Program-made: the position numbers and the translations under genes
Shown here: positions 30,583 through 42,081 of the stretch, piece after piece
Position numbering within the stretch: position 1 is the stretch's first letter
How the letters are laid out: each line of letters starts with the position of its first letter
Sequence record: OP197928
Origin: Shigella phage A2
DNA: 64,000 nt
Reading direction: 5' to 3' (one strand)
Notes under the pieces: generated by a model
Seen by the model: only the letters and a program-made list of their open reading frames with translations
What the model was told of the DNA's origin: nothing
Database searches by the model: none

Positions 30583-31043
30583 AGAGAGTCTCTTAATAGA
30601 TTTAACACATCAATAAATTCAGCTTCGGTTAGTATTGTATCATCTTTTGTTAGACCACTAGCCATGCTGTGCTTCAAAACTTTTCCTTTCGAGGCTTGTA
30701 ATGCATCGCGAAAGCCCTTGTTTTGGAACGCTGCTTCAAAATATGCATTTGTGTATAATTCTTTCCATGCTTCGGAATATCTTGAAAACGGAGTTCCAAG
30801 CCAGAACAACGTGCCACGGTCCTGAGCTCTAGCATAAGCTCGTCCAGCTTGTTGGGCGGCAAGCCCGGATAACCCAAATATACGACGCTGTTGTTCAACA
30901 TTTTTCACCTTGCATCCTTGGAGGAATCCTTCGAGACCTCCAAATTGGATACCGTCCATAACAAAAGGCCATTGGGCGAAATTACTTAATGCACATGATG
31001 GCCATCTAAAATTGCTTCTAATCTCTAGCTCAGACATTTTCAA
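30579..31043 (-). CDS. NADAR / YbiA-like (DUF1768) domain protein (T4 30.3 position)
   Basis: 154 aa; ALSNFAQWPFVMDGIQFGGLEGFLQGCK parallels the recalled E. coli YbiA core DFSNFAAWPIKVDGKTWPTSEHYFQAQK, plus downstream W and LKH segments. Confidence 0.6.
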   Translation of the reverse strand: MKMSELEIRSNFRWPSCALSNFAQWPFVMDGIQFGGLEGFLQGCKVKNVEQQRRIFGLSGLAAQQAGRAYARAQDRGTLFWLGTPFSRYSEAWKELYTNAYFEAAFQNKGFRDALQASKGKVLKHSMASGLTKDDTILTEAEFIDVLNLLRDSL

Positions 31044-31245
31044 TACTTATAATTTCAACATCAGCCCAATGACCATAACTTGGTAAACGGTCTTCAATAG
31101 ATAATCCGCCATCATATTTAAGCATTTTAATTGTCATAATATATGGCTCTAAATGGTCTTCAGTGAGCGGAGAGACATCAGTCACACGATAAGTAACTTC
31201 GACCATTTCCGTGCCCAGTAATTTCTGGATTAATTTCTTAAACAT
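31030..31245 (-). CDS. Hypothetical protein
   Basis: 71-aa ORF in the 30.x cluster. Confidence 0.45.
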   Translation of the reverse strand: MFKKLIQKLLGTEMVEVTYRVTDVSPLTEDHLEPYIMTIKMLKYDGGLSIEDRLPSYGHWADVEIISIENV

Positions 31246-31249
31246 TTTA

Positions 31250-31537
31250 TTAAAATCTCATCTGAAAACCGTGTGATTTAACATTACCGCCGCCGATATC
31301 AGAAATGTTAATTTCACGCGCAATTGAAGGGTCAATGTCAATTTCACGATTAAGTTTAGTGATAGCTAAAGTATCGCGGCCATTTACAGTACGGAACTCT
31401 AAAGGGCAGACTACATTAACGTAGTTTTTAATTGATTCACTGGTAGGTTGCAAATGAGCAGGAAGGTCTTTAGGTGCCTTAGAGAAAACCACTTCACAGA
31501 AATTTTTGCGGGTATCAAAATAAGTAGTCATAAACAT
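31250..31537 (-). CDS. Hypothetical protein
   Basis: 95-aa ORF in the 30.x cluster. Confidence 0.5.
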   Translation of the reverse strand: MFMTTYFDTRKNFCEVVFSKAPKDLPAHLQPTSESIKNYVNVVCPLEFRTVNGRDTLAITKLNREIDIDPSIAREINISDIGGGNVKSHGFQMRF

Positions 31538-31554
31538 AGTATTTTCCTCAGTAA

Positions 31555-31580
31555 GGGGCCGAAGCCCCTCATTTTATTTT
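31555..31580 (+). other. GC hairpin with plus-strand T-run (GGGGC-CGAA-GCCCC then TCATTTTATTTT)
   Basis: Terminator-like geometry oriented for the plus strand inside a minus-strand gene cluster. Confidence 0.4.
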
Positions 31581-31944
31581 AAATATCAAATTCGTTAAGA
31601 ACTACATCAAAGATTGCTTCAAGATGCTCAGGTTTAGCTCTGTTACTCAAAATATGACGAATCCAAGTTTTAACCAGAAGCTTGCGATTAACGCCATTCC
31701 AGCAAGGATGAGTCCCTAAATCGCGTTGACGAAAATCATCATCCAAAGCGATTTTAAAAGAAGAACCTTCTTTCGTGATTGAAACCGTGATGCCATTTTC
31801 AAATCGCATATAAACGTAGTTAGGAGTCATATACTGTTCAATTTCGCATACTGATCCATTTTGATGTTTCCAAAGGCAGATAGTATCAATAGAACCTGCA
31901 ATACCGTTAGAAACATATTTACGTTCAAAGTTGATGTAGTTCAT
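31579..31944 (-). CDS. Hypothetical protein
   Basis: 121-aa ORF preceded by an early-promoter-like element. Confidence 0.5.
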   Translation of the reverse strand: MNYINFERKYVSNGIAGSIDTICLWKHQNGSVCEIEQYMTPNYVYMRFENGITVSITKEGSSFKIALDDDFRQRDLGTHPCWNGVNRKLLVKTWIRHILSNRAKPEHLEAIFDVVLNEFDI

Positions 31945-31981
31945 TTTTATTCTCCGAGATGTTTAATTGCGGTACAGGTAT

Positions 31982-32010
31982 ATAATATCATATCCTGTAC
32001 CAAAGTAAAC
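31982..32010 (-). promoter_or_regulatory. T4-type early promoter (-35 GTTTAC, -10 TATTAT)
   Basis: Plus GTAAAC 32005..32010 and ATAATA 31982..31987, 17-bp spacer. Confidence 0.5.
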
Positions 32011-32014
32011 TATT

Positions 32015-32383
32015 TTATGCAACTTTAATCCAATTATCTAAATTTAATTCACCTTTGGCTTTCATTTTTTCAATCAAAAGATCAGCGGTAATACGACCAT
32101 TTTGATACCATGTAACATCTTCAGAGTAACCAGTTTCTTTATCTTCATAAGTCTCACAACGAATTTTACCAATAATCAAAGTTTTCAATTCGTATGTATC
32201 TCCAGTAAAAAAGTTAGTTAACATTATTTTCCAAGAGAAATCATCAGAAGGACCTTCAGGAGTCATGCAACCTACAAATTCAAATTGTTCTTTGTATAAG
32301 TGCCACTGAAGTTCTTTAGTTTCGATAGCTTTATAGCCGTCGTGGTCTTTACCTTTGATGTATGAGTTAAGATTGATTTTCAT
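32015..32383 (-). CDS. Hypothetical protein
   Basis: 122-aa ORF. Confidence 0.5.
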   Translation of the reverse strand: MKINLNSYIKGKDHDGYKAIETKELQWHLYKEQFEFVGCMTPEGPSDDFSWKIMLTNFFTGDTYELKTLIIGKIRCETYEDKETGYSEDVTWYQNGRITADLLIEKMKAKGELNLDNWIKVA

Positions 32384-32410
32384 TTTATTCTCCTTTGTTT
32401 GTGTAAGATA

Positions 32411-32440
32411 ATACTATCACAAAGGAACCATACTGTAAAC
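32411..32440 (-). promoter_or_regulatory. T4-type early promoter (-35 GTTTAC, -10 TAGTAT)
   Basis: Plus GTAAAC 32435..32440 and ATACTA 32411..32416, 18-bp spacer. Confidence 0.5.
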
Positions 32441-32460
32441 AACTTTGTGCAATCTTTGGA

Positions 32461-32488
32461 AAATAAAAAAGGACTCCCGAAGGAGTCC
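32461..32488 (-). terminator. Intrinsic terminator (GGACUCC-UUCG-GGAGUCC then UUUUUUAUUU on minus strand)
   Basis: 7-bp GC stem with tetraloop, followed on minus strand by a T6 run. Confidence 0.75.
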
Positions 32489-32493
32489 TCAAC

Positions 32494-32670
32494 TTATGCT
32501 TTCTGCTTACCAAAACGAGAAGCATCATCTCGAAGAACCGCACGTGCTCGGCGCATGATCTTCTCAACAGTTTGATTGATACGAGAGTTCGACCCACGCT
32601 TGTAACCAGCGCGTTTAGAATCACCAACTTTCTTTTCAACTGCTTTCTTTGCTTTAGCTTGTTTTGCCAT
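32494..32670 (-). CDS. Small highly basic protein (T4 30.9 region)
   Basis: Lys/Arg-rich 58 aa from ATG 32670 (ORF track extends to 32712); overlapping 84-aa alternative frame judged less likely. Confidence 0.4.
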   Translation of the reverse strand: MAKQAKAKKAVEKKVGDSKRAGYKRGSNSRINQTVEKIMRRARAVLRDDASRFGKQKA

Positions 32671-32864
32671 TATAAATTCTCTTTTAAATGAAAATGCAGG
32701 ACTTATTGGCATTGCCTGCGAAAGCCCTCAAGGGGTACTTAGGTTTTGAATATTTACCGACAGGATAACCATAAACCTCGTCAACATTCAAGAGGTACAC
32801 CGTAAAACAAAGTTCGACGGCTCCTCGTTTTAACTTCACACTAAGGCAGTGACTCTCCAATAAA

Positions 32865-33113
32865 TTACTTCAGTGTTACCACAAAGTGACGAACTGCTTT
32901 TCGTGCAGCAGAAGCCAGAGGCTTAGCATATTTAAGTTCATCTTTTTCCTGAAGCTCAGCAGCTAATGCAGTTTGAGCAGGATTCAGATGTTTGAAATAA
33001 CGCAGGATTTCAAGAGCTTCGGCTTCAACATCAATAGATGCGCCATAGTTTTCGTGACCATTATTCCATGCGTTTCGTTGCAGTTCAAGAGCGTGTTGTA
33101 ATTGTTTAATCAT
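32865..33113 (-). CDS. rIII: rIII lysis inhibition accessory protein
   Basis: 82 aa, T4 rIII size, adjacent to gene 31. Confidence 0.8.
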   Translation of the reverse strand: MIKQLQHALELQRNAWNNGHENYGASIDVEAEALEILRYFKHLNPAQTALAAELQEKDELKYAKPLASAARKAVRHFVVTLK

Positions 33114-33239
33114 TTAAAAATTCTCGTTAGAGATTAAAACTCGGTAGTCACGTTCTTCTGAATTTCATCTTCTTTCGACAGATCTCTCAGTTGTAGACTA
33201 CCACATAGAATTGAAACTCAATTCATATTATTATTTATA

Positions 33240-33575
33240 TCACTTATAAAGACACGGAATAGCTTTATAGTGACAGGTAACGAATTTTTGCTTAATTTCT
33301 TTTGGCTGCTTAAGACCCAGAGCTACAAAAGGATGAGGAACGTTTCGAATTTGACCAACTGGAAGAGAAGTCAAATCACCAACTTCGCAGAAACCTTCAG
33401 GAACATCAGGACCAACAGAATGAACTACACACAGTTCAGGAACTTCACCTTGAACACGTTTACCGATAATAAGTCCTGATTCTGTAACTTCTTCATCACC
33501 GGCTTGCGCAGGTTCAGAAACTAAAATAACATATTCACCGACAGCACGAATTGGTAGCTGTTGTACTTCAGACAT
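33240..33575 (-). CDS. 31: Co-chaperonin gp31 (GroES-like)
   Basis: 111 aa, matches recalled T4 gp31. Confidence 0.93.
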
Positions 33576-33631
33576 CGTTTTTCCTTTTTGTTAACAGATG
33601 AATTAATAATAACAAATAATTCTTAAAGCAT

Positions 33632-33940
33632 TTATTTACCAATAAATTGAAGCAAATGCTCAACTTTCATGCCATTAACGGAAATCAATTTGTCAATAGA
33701 AAAACCTCGCCATGCACCGAGCTCAACATCAAATACCGGAATCATATCAGTAGATTCTTTCCGAGTAGATTCAGTCAATTTACCAGTTTGCATGGTTGGC
33801 ATAAAGTCTGCATCACGAGTGCCTTTCATGGTACGAATAGTACCATCAGACTTTTCAAAAACCACGTTTGAAATACCCATGGACAATTTAGTTTTCAAAA
33901 TTTCACGAATTGCTACTTTCTGTTCAGTTGTCAATTTCAT
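33632..33940 (-). CDS. Hypothetical protein (T4 31.1 position)
   Basis: 102-aa ORF. Confidence 0.5.
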   Translation of the reverse strand: MKLTTEQKVAIREILKTKLSMGISNVVFEKSDGTIRTMKGTRDADFMPTMQTGKLTESTRKESTDMIPVFDVELGAWRGFSIDKLISVNGMKVEHLLQFIGK

Positions 33941-34177
33941 TTATTTACCTATTACAGTTTTAATATGGGTTGTTCCACGTTCTTTAAGAGTGGAAAGCAA
34001 CTTTTGGCATTTTTCTAAATCAGATTTCCAACTATACGGCCTATCAATACAAACCCATTCTGACTTATAATACTGTTTCCATTTAGAGAAAAAATACTTC
34101 TTATACTCTACAGCAAATGAAATGTTCTCGTTAGAATAAGAACTAATTGCTGTGAGCTGTACCAAACGAAATTTCAT
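33941..34177 (-). CDS. Hypothetical protein (T4 31.2 position)
   Basis: 78-aa ORF. Confidence 0.5.
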   Translation of the reverse strand: MKFRLVQLTAISSYSNENISFAVEYKKYFFSKWKQYYKSEWVCIDRPYSWKSDLEKCQKLLSTLKERGTTHIKTVIGK

Positions 34178-34758
34178 TATTCACCACAGAATTCGTTGAT
34201 ATTTTCCCAATTTAACTTATTCAAGTTTTTCTTAGGAACATTAAACACTTCAATACCTGCATTTCGCAGAATATCATCCCAGCCAGGTTTATTTTTATCG
34301 TATGTTTCGCAATAAACCAGCTTTTTAATTCCAGATTGAGCTATCGCTTTTGCACAATCTGGGCAAGGAGAAAGTGTTACATACATAGTAGCACCTTCAA
34401 TTGAAGAACCATTTCGCGCAGCAAACAAAATCGCATTTAGTTCAGCATGAATTTCATTTTTAGACGACCACTCAGAGTGAGCACTACGATGTTCTTTCGC
34501 CAAGACAAAACGATCAGTTGAACCAAATGATACACATTCAGGCTTATGACCTTGAATGATAGTATGTTTAGGCTTATTCAGCAACCAACCTTGCTCAGCA
34601 GCATAATCGCAGCAATTCACACCCCCGGCAGGTGAACCATTATATCCGGTAGAAATAATACGTCCATTCTTTTCAATTACCGCTCCTACCTTCCAGGAGC
34701 AACATTTTGATTCTTGTGATACTAAATATGCAATTTGAAGTACTGTACTCGCTTTCAT
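34177..34758 (-). CDS. cd: dCMP deaminase
   Basis: 193 aa; cytidine/dCMP deaminase zinc motifs (HAE...PCPDC). Confidence 0.95.
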   Translation of the reverse strand: MKASTVLQIAYLVSQESKCCSWKVGAVIEKNGRIISTGYNGSPAGGVNCCDYAAEQGWLLNKPKHTIIQGHKPECVSFGSTDRFVLAKEHRSAHSEWSSKNEIHAELNAILFAARNGSSIEGATMYVTLSPCPDCAKAIAQSGIKKLVYCETYDKNKPGWDDILRNAGIEVFNVPKKNLNKLNWENINEFCGE

Positions 34759-35093
34759 TTCATAATCACCAGATAAGCAGATTTAGCAGTTTCAACACGA
34801 TAAATTTCGTGACGAAGTTTAGTTATACTTTTAATAACAGAACTAATTATATTCTGCCCATCTTTAAAGCGGTTTTTCTTATCAATAAAAATTGCACCAA
34901 CCATCTTTTTGTGAAGCTCAACCGGATACTTCGTCACAATAATAGCATCATACACAGAAGGATGAATACTATTCACTAGAGTATCATTCATTAAAGTTAT
35001 TCTAATGAACTGTGCTGTTTCAGAGTCAAGCGCTCTATGATCGCCAGTATCATTTTCAAGACAATTATCAATTATATCAGTTAAATTCATCAT
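34755..35093 (-). CDS. Hypothetical protein (cd.1 position)
   Basis: 112-aa ORF. Confidence 0.5.
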   Translation of the reverse strand: MMNLTDIIDNCLENDTGDHRALDSETAQFIRITLMNDTLVNSIHPSVYDAIIVTKYPVELHKKMVGAIFIDKKNRFKDGQNIISSVIKSITKLRHEIYRVETAKSAYLVIMK

Positions 35094-35326
35094 AGTACGC
35101 CATACACCCTTTGTGCTTCAACTAATCCATCAAAATCCAGTTTAAGATGCGATATTTGATCGCCATCACCTGGATTCACAATTACTAATACTGAACGAGG
35201 AGTTTCGGTAATAACACGAACCGATGTTTCAGGAAATCGTTCAGAAACCTTATTTACTAATTCCTGTGCAAATAGTTTAACTTTTTCTTGGAATTCTTTA
35301 ACAGTAATTGGTTTTTCACTTAGCAT
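35090..35326 (-). CDS. Hypothetical protein (cd.2 position)
   Basis: 78-aa ORF. Confidence 0.5.
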   Translation of the reverse strand: MLSEKPITVKEFQEKVKLFAQELVNKVSERFPETSVRVITETPRSVLVIVNPGDGDQISHLKLDFDGLVEAQRVYGVL

Positions 35327-35847
35327 GTTGATCCCAGCTCCTTACTTTCAACGTTTTTAACTAATTTGACAGAAACTAATTCAGCATCTTGAGTAATCAT
35401 TACCGGGCCTTCTTCATACTCTTCAAGATATTCTAGAGCTTTCTTTTTAGCTTCTTCCTTCGTATCAGTTTGAGCATAGATATAAAACATACAACCAGTA
35501 ATACCTACTACTTTCCACTTAATTTCTTTATCAGTTTTAATTTCAAATTTACTGACAGAATCATCTTTTTGAACTTCTTCGAAAAAAGAATATTCTAACA
35601 TATAAGCAATTGAAAATAACGGGCTAACTTTATAAGATTCGCCCATTACATCAACAGCTTTATACCAACAATCATCAATTTCGCGTTTAATGCTAATAAC
35701 ATTTTTCGCAGGATCTATTTTTACTTTAAATGAATTTTCCCCAATAAACTGGGCAATTCGTTTATTAGCCCCGCAAGTTTCATTAAAAATATCTTTATAT
35801 CCAGCTTTAAAGCGATAAACCTTATCTTCTTCAAACCATTCGCTCAT
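35320..35847 (-). CDS. Hypothetical protein (cd.3 position)
   Basis: 175-aa ORF. Confidence 0.55.
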   Translation of the reverse strand: MSEWFEEDKVYRFKAGYKDIFNETCGANKRIAQFIGENSFKVKIDPAKNVISIKREIDDCWYKAVDVMGESYKVSPLFSIAYMLEYSFFEEVQKDDSVSKFEIKTDKEIKWKVVGITGCMFYIYAQTDTKEEAKKKALEYLEEYEEGPVMITQDAELVSVKLVKNVESKELGSTC

Positions 35848-35878
35848 TTCAATTTCCTCATTTGTTTTTGGTAGAGCT

Positions 35879-35908
35879 ATAATATCACAACTCTACCGTA
35901 AAGTAAAC
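35879..35908 (-). promoter_or_regulatory. T4-type early promoter (-35 GTTTAC, -10 TATTAT)
   Basis: Plus GTAAAC 35903..35908 and ATAATA 35879..35884. Confidence 0.5.
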
Positions 35909-35910
35909 TA

Positions 35911-36186
35911 TTAAATTGCTTTGAATTCTGATGTCTGCGATTCAAAACGAATATCGCCTTTGATGACTAGCTCAGCATCAAGACCGAATACAACAATGAT
36001 ATGCGCGGAACCTGGATACAACGTGATGGCAACAGAATCCACCTGGTCTGGAAGCAAAGTGTTCAACACATGAGTCACTTGAGCATGAATTCGAAGCTCA
36101 GCTGCGTTATCAAGTTTTTCAAACATATTATTAGCGATAATTTGGCTAAACACTACTTCTACGATTTTAGAATAAGTCGGAAACAT
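35911..36186 (-). CDS. Hypothetical protein (cd.4 position)
   Basis: 91-aa ORF. Confidence 0.5.
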   Translation of the reverse strand: MFPTYSKIVEVVFSQIIANNMFEKLDNAAELRIHAQVTHVLNTLLPDQVDSVAITLYPGSAHIIVVFGLDAELVIKGDIRFESQTSEFKAI

Positions 36187-36188
36187 AT

Positions 36189-36389
36189 TTACCTCACATA
36201 ATTTTCTTCAAGCCAATCAATAACATCCAACGCATTATCAAAAGTTGAACCATCTACTTTATCTTCTGTTTCATAATCAAGAACATCTAAGCCTACTCTT
36301 CCATCAACAATAGGCCATAAACAAAATAGATATTTCTTTTCTTTTTCAATTTTATCACAAAGTCGATAAATCTTTTCTATGTTATTCAT
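36189..36389 (-). CDS. Hypothetical protein (cd.5 position)
   Basis: 66-aa ORF. Confidence 0.5.
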   Translation of the reverse strand: MNNIEKIYRLCDKIEKEKKYLFCLWPIVDGRVGLDVLDYETEDKVDGSTFDNALDVIDWLEENYVR

Positions 36390-36578
36390 AAGTTTTCCAT
36401 GGTAAAGGCAGTTTAGTTTTCTTTACTGTTAGTTCAACATCAGGATTCTTTTCTCTTAATTTAAGGCATTCCTCCCAAGCTCTGATTTCACTAGTGAATA
36501 CACAAAATTGCCCATTACTAGTACCAACTAAACCACTATTTACAATAACAATAGACCAAGTTTCATGATGCCACGCCA

Positions 36579-36579
<1 letters not shown>
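36382..36579 (-). CDS. Hypothetical small protein downstream of pseT
   Basis: ORF track gives 75 aa from 36609; internal ATG at 36579 overlaps the pseT stop and is the likelier start (65 aa). Confidence 0.4.
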
Positions 36580-37804
<1,225 letters not shown>

Positions 37805-37807
37805 TTA

Positions 37808-38038
37808 TTATTTCTCAACCAATGATTGAATATAATCATGCAAGTCTTTAGATGCTTTACCCCACTTATTTTGGTATTCATTTTTAAGATTAGCCCGAGA
37901 TTGAGCTAATAAAACATCATTAGTTGGAGGTAAAGATTCTAATCGTTGAATCTGGCGTCCATAAATCATTGCAGCCATCTCGGATTCATAAATCAATCCT
38001 TTGAGATGTTCAAATTGATGCCATGAAATCATTTGCAT
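37808..38038 (-). CDS. Hypothetical protein
   Basis: 76-aa ORF. Confidence 0.45.
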   Translation of the reverse strand: MQMISWHQFEHLKGLIYESEMAAMIYGRQIQRLESLPPTNDVLLAQSRANLKNEYQNKWGKASKDLHDYIQSLVEK

Positions 38039-38328
38039 TTATCCTCTTTTAGCTCTTGACGATAATAACATATCATAGTTTTTTGGTCATGTACATATCG
38101 TTTTACATCATTAAGCCAAATACGAAATTCCTGGGAATCTTCAAATGGCATACCGACCCAAGCTTTACCATCAATAACTTTAACTTGCCAAGATAGTTTA
38201 GCTTCATCATATGACTTTATTTGTACAGGCCAATTAGGATGAACTGTTTCTTTCTTTACTTCTAGAGGCTTTGTCGAACAACCAACTAGAAGACCAATAG
38301 ATAATATTACTGCTGATAGTTTAATCAT
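38029..38328 (-). CDS. Outer-membrane spanin (o-spanin lipoprotein; T4 pseT.2 equivalent)
   Basis: 99 aa; signal peptide with lipobox LLVGC; immediately downstream of the i-spanin-like ORF. Confidence 0.6.
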   Translation of the reverse strand: MIKLSAVILSIGLLVGCSTKPLEVKKETVHPNWPVQIKSYDEAKLSWQVKVIDGKAWVGMPFEDSQEFRIWLNDVKRYVHDQKTMICYYRQELKEDKCK

Positions 38329-38678
38329 TTAGAAAGGTCCTGGATGTCTTCTGCGAACTTGTTGAAGGAGTTGTTGATTTGTTTTTCAACCAATCCTGGC
38401 TTATGAGCCACCACATCCGCCTTCTTTGCGTCTTTGCGCAGTTTTTCATTTTCACGCTCAATAGCAGCAATTGCCTCACGATTTTTATTATTCATCGCAT
38501 CAATATAATTATACTGAATTCGCAAATTATTTAATGCTAAAGCGTTTTCATTGGCCGTTTTTGTAATTTCTACGACAGACGTTTCTAATCTTTCAATTTT
38601 ATTTTTTAAAATTAAAGAAGTTCCGCCCAATGCAATTACAATTAATAGCAAGCCTGCTGTCGTATTACTTAATTGCAT
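38325..38678 (-). CDS. Inner-membrane spanin (i-spanin; T4 pseT.3 equivalent)
   Basis: 117 aa; N-terminal transmembrane helix then charged coiled-coil region. Confidence 0.6.
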   Translation of the reverse strand: MQLSNTTAGLLLIVIALGGTSLILKNKIERLETSVVEITKTANENALALNNLRIQYNYIDAMNNKNREAIAAIERENEKLRKDAKKADVVAHKPGLVEKQINNSFNKFAEDIQDLSK

Positions 38679-39175
38679 AAAGTTTTAATAACCTCTATAA
38701 TATCGTCTTGAGAAAGACCGTTAATTAAAATATGATGTTCAGCCGGAGATTTAGAAATTTTAAAGCATGCCTCAACATCTTCTGCCATATCCGATGCGCT
38801 ACGATTTGGATTACTAATTCCAAGACGATGTTTTCCCGTTAAAGGATTAACGATGATATAGCATTTACAGTTGTTAATATGAACATTAGGTTGAGTCTGA
38901 TTAATGAACACATCGCAATCATATTTCGCAAGCTGATTTTCTAAAAAGACTTTCATCTCCTCAACCGCATCAGGAAGCATATCACGGGCTTGCTCAAGAC
39001 GACGATTTCGATATTCTTTAATGGTCGTTTTCCGCTTGACTTGTTTAGCTAAATCTTTCTTAAGATCGGTGATATATCCAACTCGACGATTTCCTTTAAA
39101 TACAGAAATCCCATCTGTAGTATCACCGTATGCTTCAACGACCATTTCAGTAGTAATAAGCTGTAAATCCATCAT
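38669..39175 (-). CDS. alc: Alc, inhibitor of host transcription on cytosine-containing DNA
   Basis: 168 aa, T4 Alc size and position next to rnlA. Confidence 0.8.
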   Translation of the reverse strand: MMDLQLITTEMVVEAYGDTTDGISVFKGNRRVGYITDLKKDLAKQVKRKTTIKEYRNRRLEQARDMLPDAVEEMKVFLENQLAKYDCDVFINQTQPNVHINNCKCYIIVNPLTGKHRLGISNPNRSASDMAEDVEACFKISKSPAEHHILINGLSQDDIIEVIKTLCN

Positions 39176-39203
39176 AAAGTCCTCATGTTATGTCAGTAAG
39201 ACT

Positions 39204-39233
39204 ACTGTAACACAACACGAGGGACTTGTAAAC
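39204..39233 (-). promoter_or_regulatory. T4-type early promoter (-35 GTTTAC, -10 TACAGT)
   Basis: About 50-bp cassette nearly identical to that at 23553..23606. Confidence 0.5.
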
Positions 39234-39236
39234 AGC

Positions 39237-40824
<1,588 letters not shown>

Positions 40825-40851
40825 AATAAAATGGGCCTTGCGGCCCACTCC

Positions 40852-42030
40852 TTAAAAATATTTTTTAAAACTCATCATAACTTTATCATCAACATCATTA
40901 TCAATCTGTGCAACAAGGTAAGATGACAGTTCTACTTCTTGCGGTGCAGATTGAACATTATCAGAATTAAGATATTCACGAATCCAAGGATATGGATGTT
41001 TAACCGGAGCATCGGTAATTGGGCATGGAAGACCGCACTGTTTCATACGAGATACAGTTAAGTAATCAATAAAGCTCCACATGCTATTTGTATTTAATCC
41101 AGGAACATCGCCATCTTTAAATAAATGAACTGCCCAATCTTTTTCTTGGCGGTTAACTTCCATGAAAATATCAACTGCTTCTTGTTCACACTCTTTGGCA
41201 ATTTTAACCCATTCATCGCCATCAGTACCAGATTGAAGTTGACGAATAATATATTGTGTACCTTTAAGATGAAGCTGCTCATCACGTGCAATAAATTTCA
41301 TAATCTTCGCATTACCTTCCATGATTTCCATGTTCTTATGGAAGTTGAAAGTACATGCAAAGGATACATAAAAACGAATAGCTTCCAATGCGTTGATTAC
41401 ATGCAGACAAAGGTAAAGAGAACGCATTAGTTCGTATTTGCATTCTTCTACATGCATAAGGCTATTTGAATATGCGTCCAAATCATATTCATTCTCTGAA
41501 AAACACCTAAAAATTTCTTTTGCGTTTTCCCATTCACGAGTTTTCTCAATAACATCATCATAATAACGACCAATAGATTCAGCACGTTTCATGATAGCTT
41601 TATCTAATACAATCTCATCAAATACCTTTGACGGATCAGTATAAAGATTTCGCATGATATGAGTATATGAACGACTGTGAATAGTTTCACTAAAAGTCCA
41701 CGTAGCAACCCATGTATCAAGGCTTGGGTCTGAAATTAATGACATAAGTACAGCAGACGGCGCACGACCCTGAATGCTATCCAAAAGTGATTGATACTTC
41801 AGATTATTAGTAAAAATATTTTGCTGATACTGAGGAAGCTTATTAAACTGTGCAGCATCCATCATCAAGTTTACTTCTTCAGGACGCCAGAAAAATGACA
41901 ATTGCTTTTCGGTTAAATCTTCAAAAACTTTATGGCGTTGAATATCATAACGCGCAATACCAAGACCTGAACCGAAGAACATAGGTTCTTTTAAAACATC
42001 AACTGGATTTGTATTAAAAACTGTGCTCAT
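40852..42030 (-). CDS. nrdB: Ribonucleotide reductase small subunit NrdB, uninterrupted
   Basis: 392-aa continuous ORF; no intron. Confidence 0.95.
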   Translation of the reverse strand: MSTVFNTNPVDVLKEPMFFGSGLGIARYDIQRHKVFEDLTEKQLSFFWRPEEVNLMMDAAQFNKLPQYQQNIFTNNLKYQSLLDSIQGRAPSAVLMSLISDPSLDTWVATWTFSETIHSRSYTHIMRNLYTDPSKVFDEIVLDKAIMKRAESIGRYYDDVIEKTREWENAKEIFRCFSENEYDLDAYSNSLMHVEECKYELMRSLYLCLHVINALEAIRFYVSFACTFNFHKNMEIMEGNAKIMKFIARDEQLHLKGTQYIIRQLQSGTDGDEWVKIAKECEQEAVDIFMEVNRQEKDWAVHLFKDGDVPGLNTNSMWSFIDYLTVSRMKQCGLPCPITDAPVKHPYPWIREYLNSDNVQSAPQEVELSSYLVAQIDNDVDDKVMMSFKKYF

Positions 42031-42081
42031 AAATTTTCCGCTTAGTTAATAGATAGTGACTCGTCCATGAGTCAAATTATA

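Noticed and set aside
32385-32639. 84-aa minus-strand ORF overlapping the small basic ORF
   Set aside because: Alternative frame of the same segment with hydrophobic low-complexity translation and no SD; the Lys/Arg-rich frame is the more plausible gene, though neither is certain.
33669-34070. 133-aa plus-strand ORF across the 31.1/31.2 region
   Set aside because: Antisense to two well-spaced minus-strand ORFs in a uniformly minus-strand operon; no promoter or SD.
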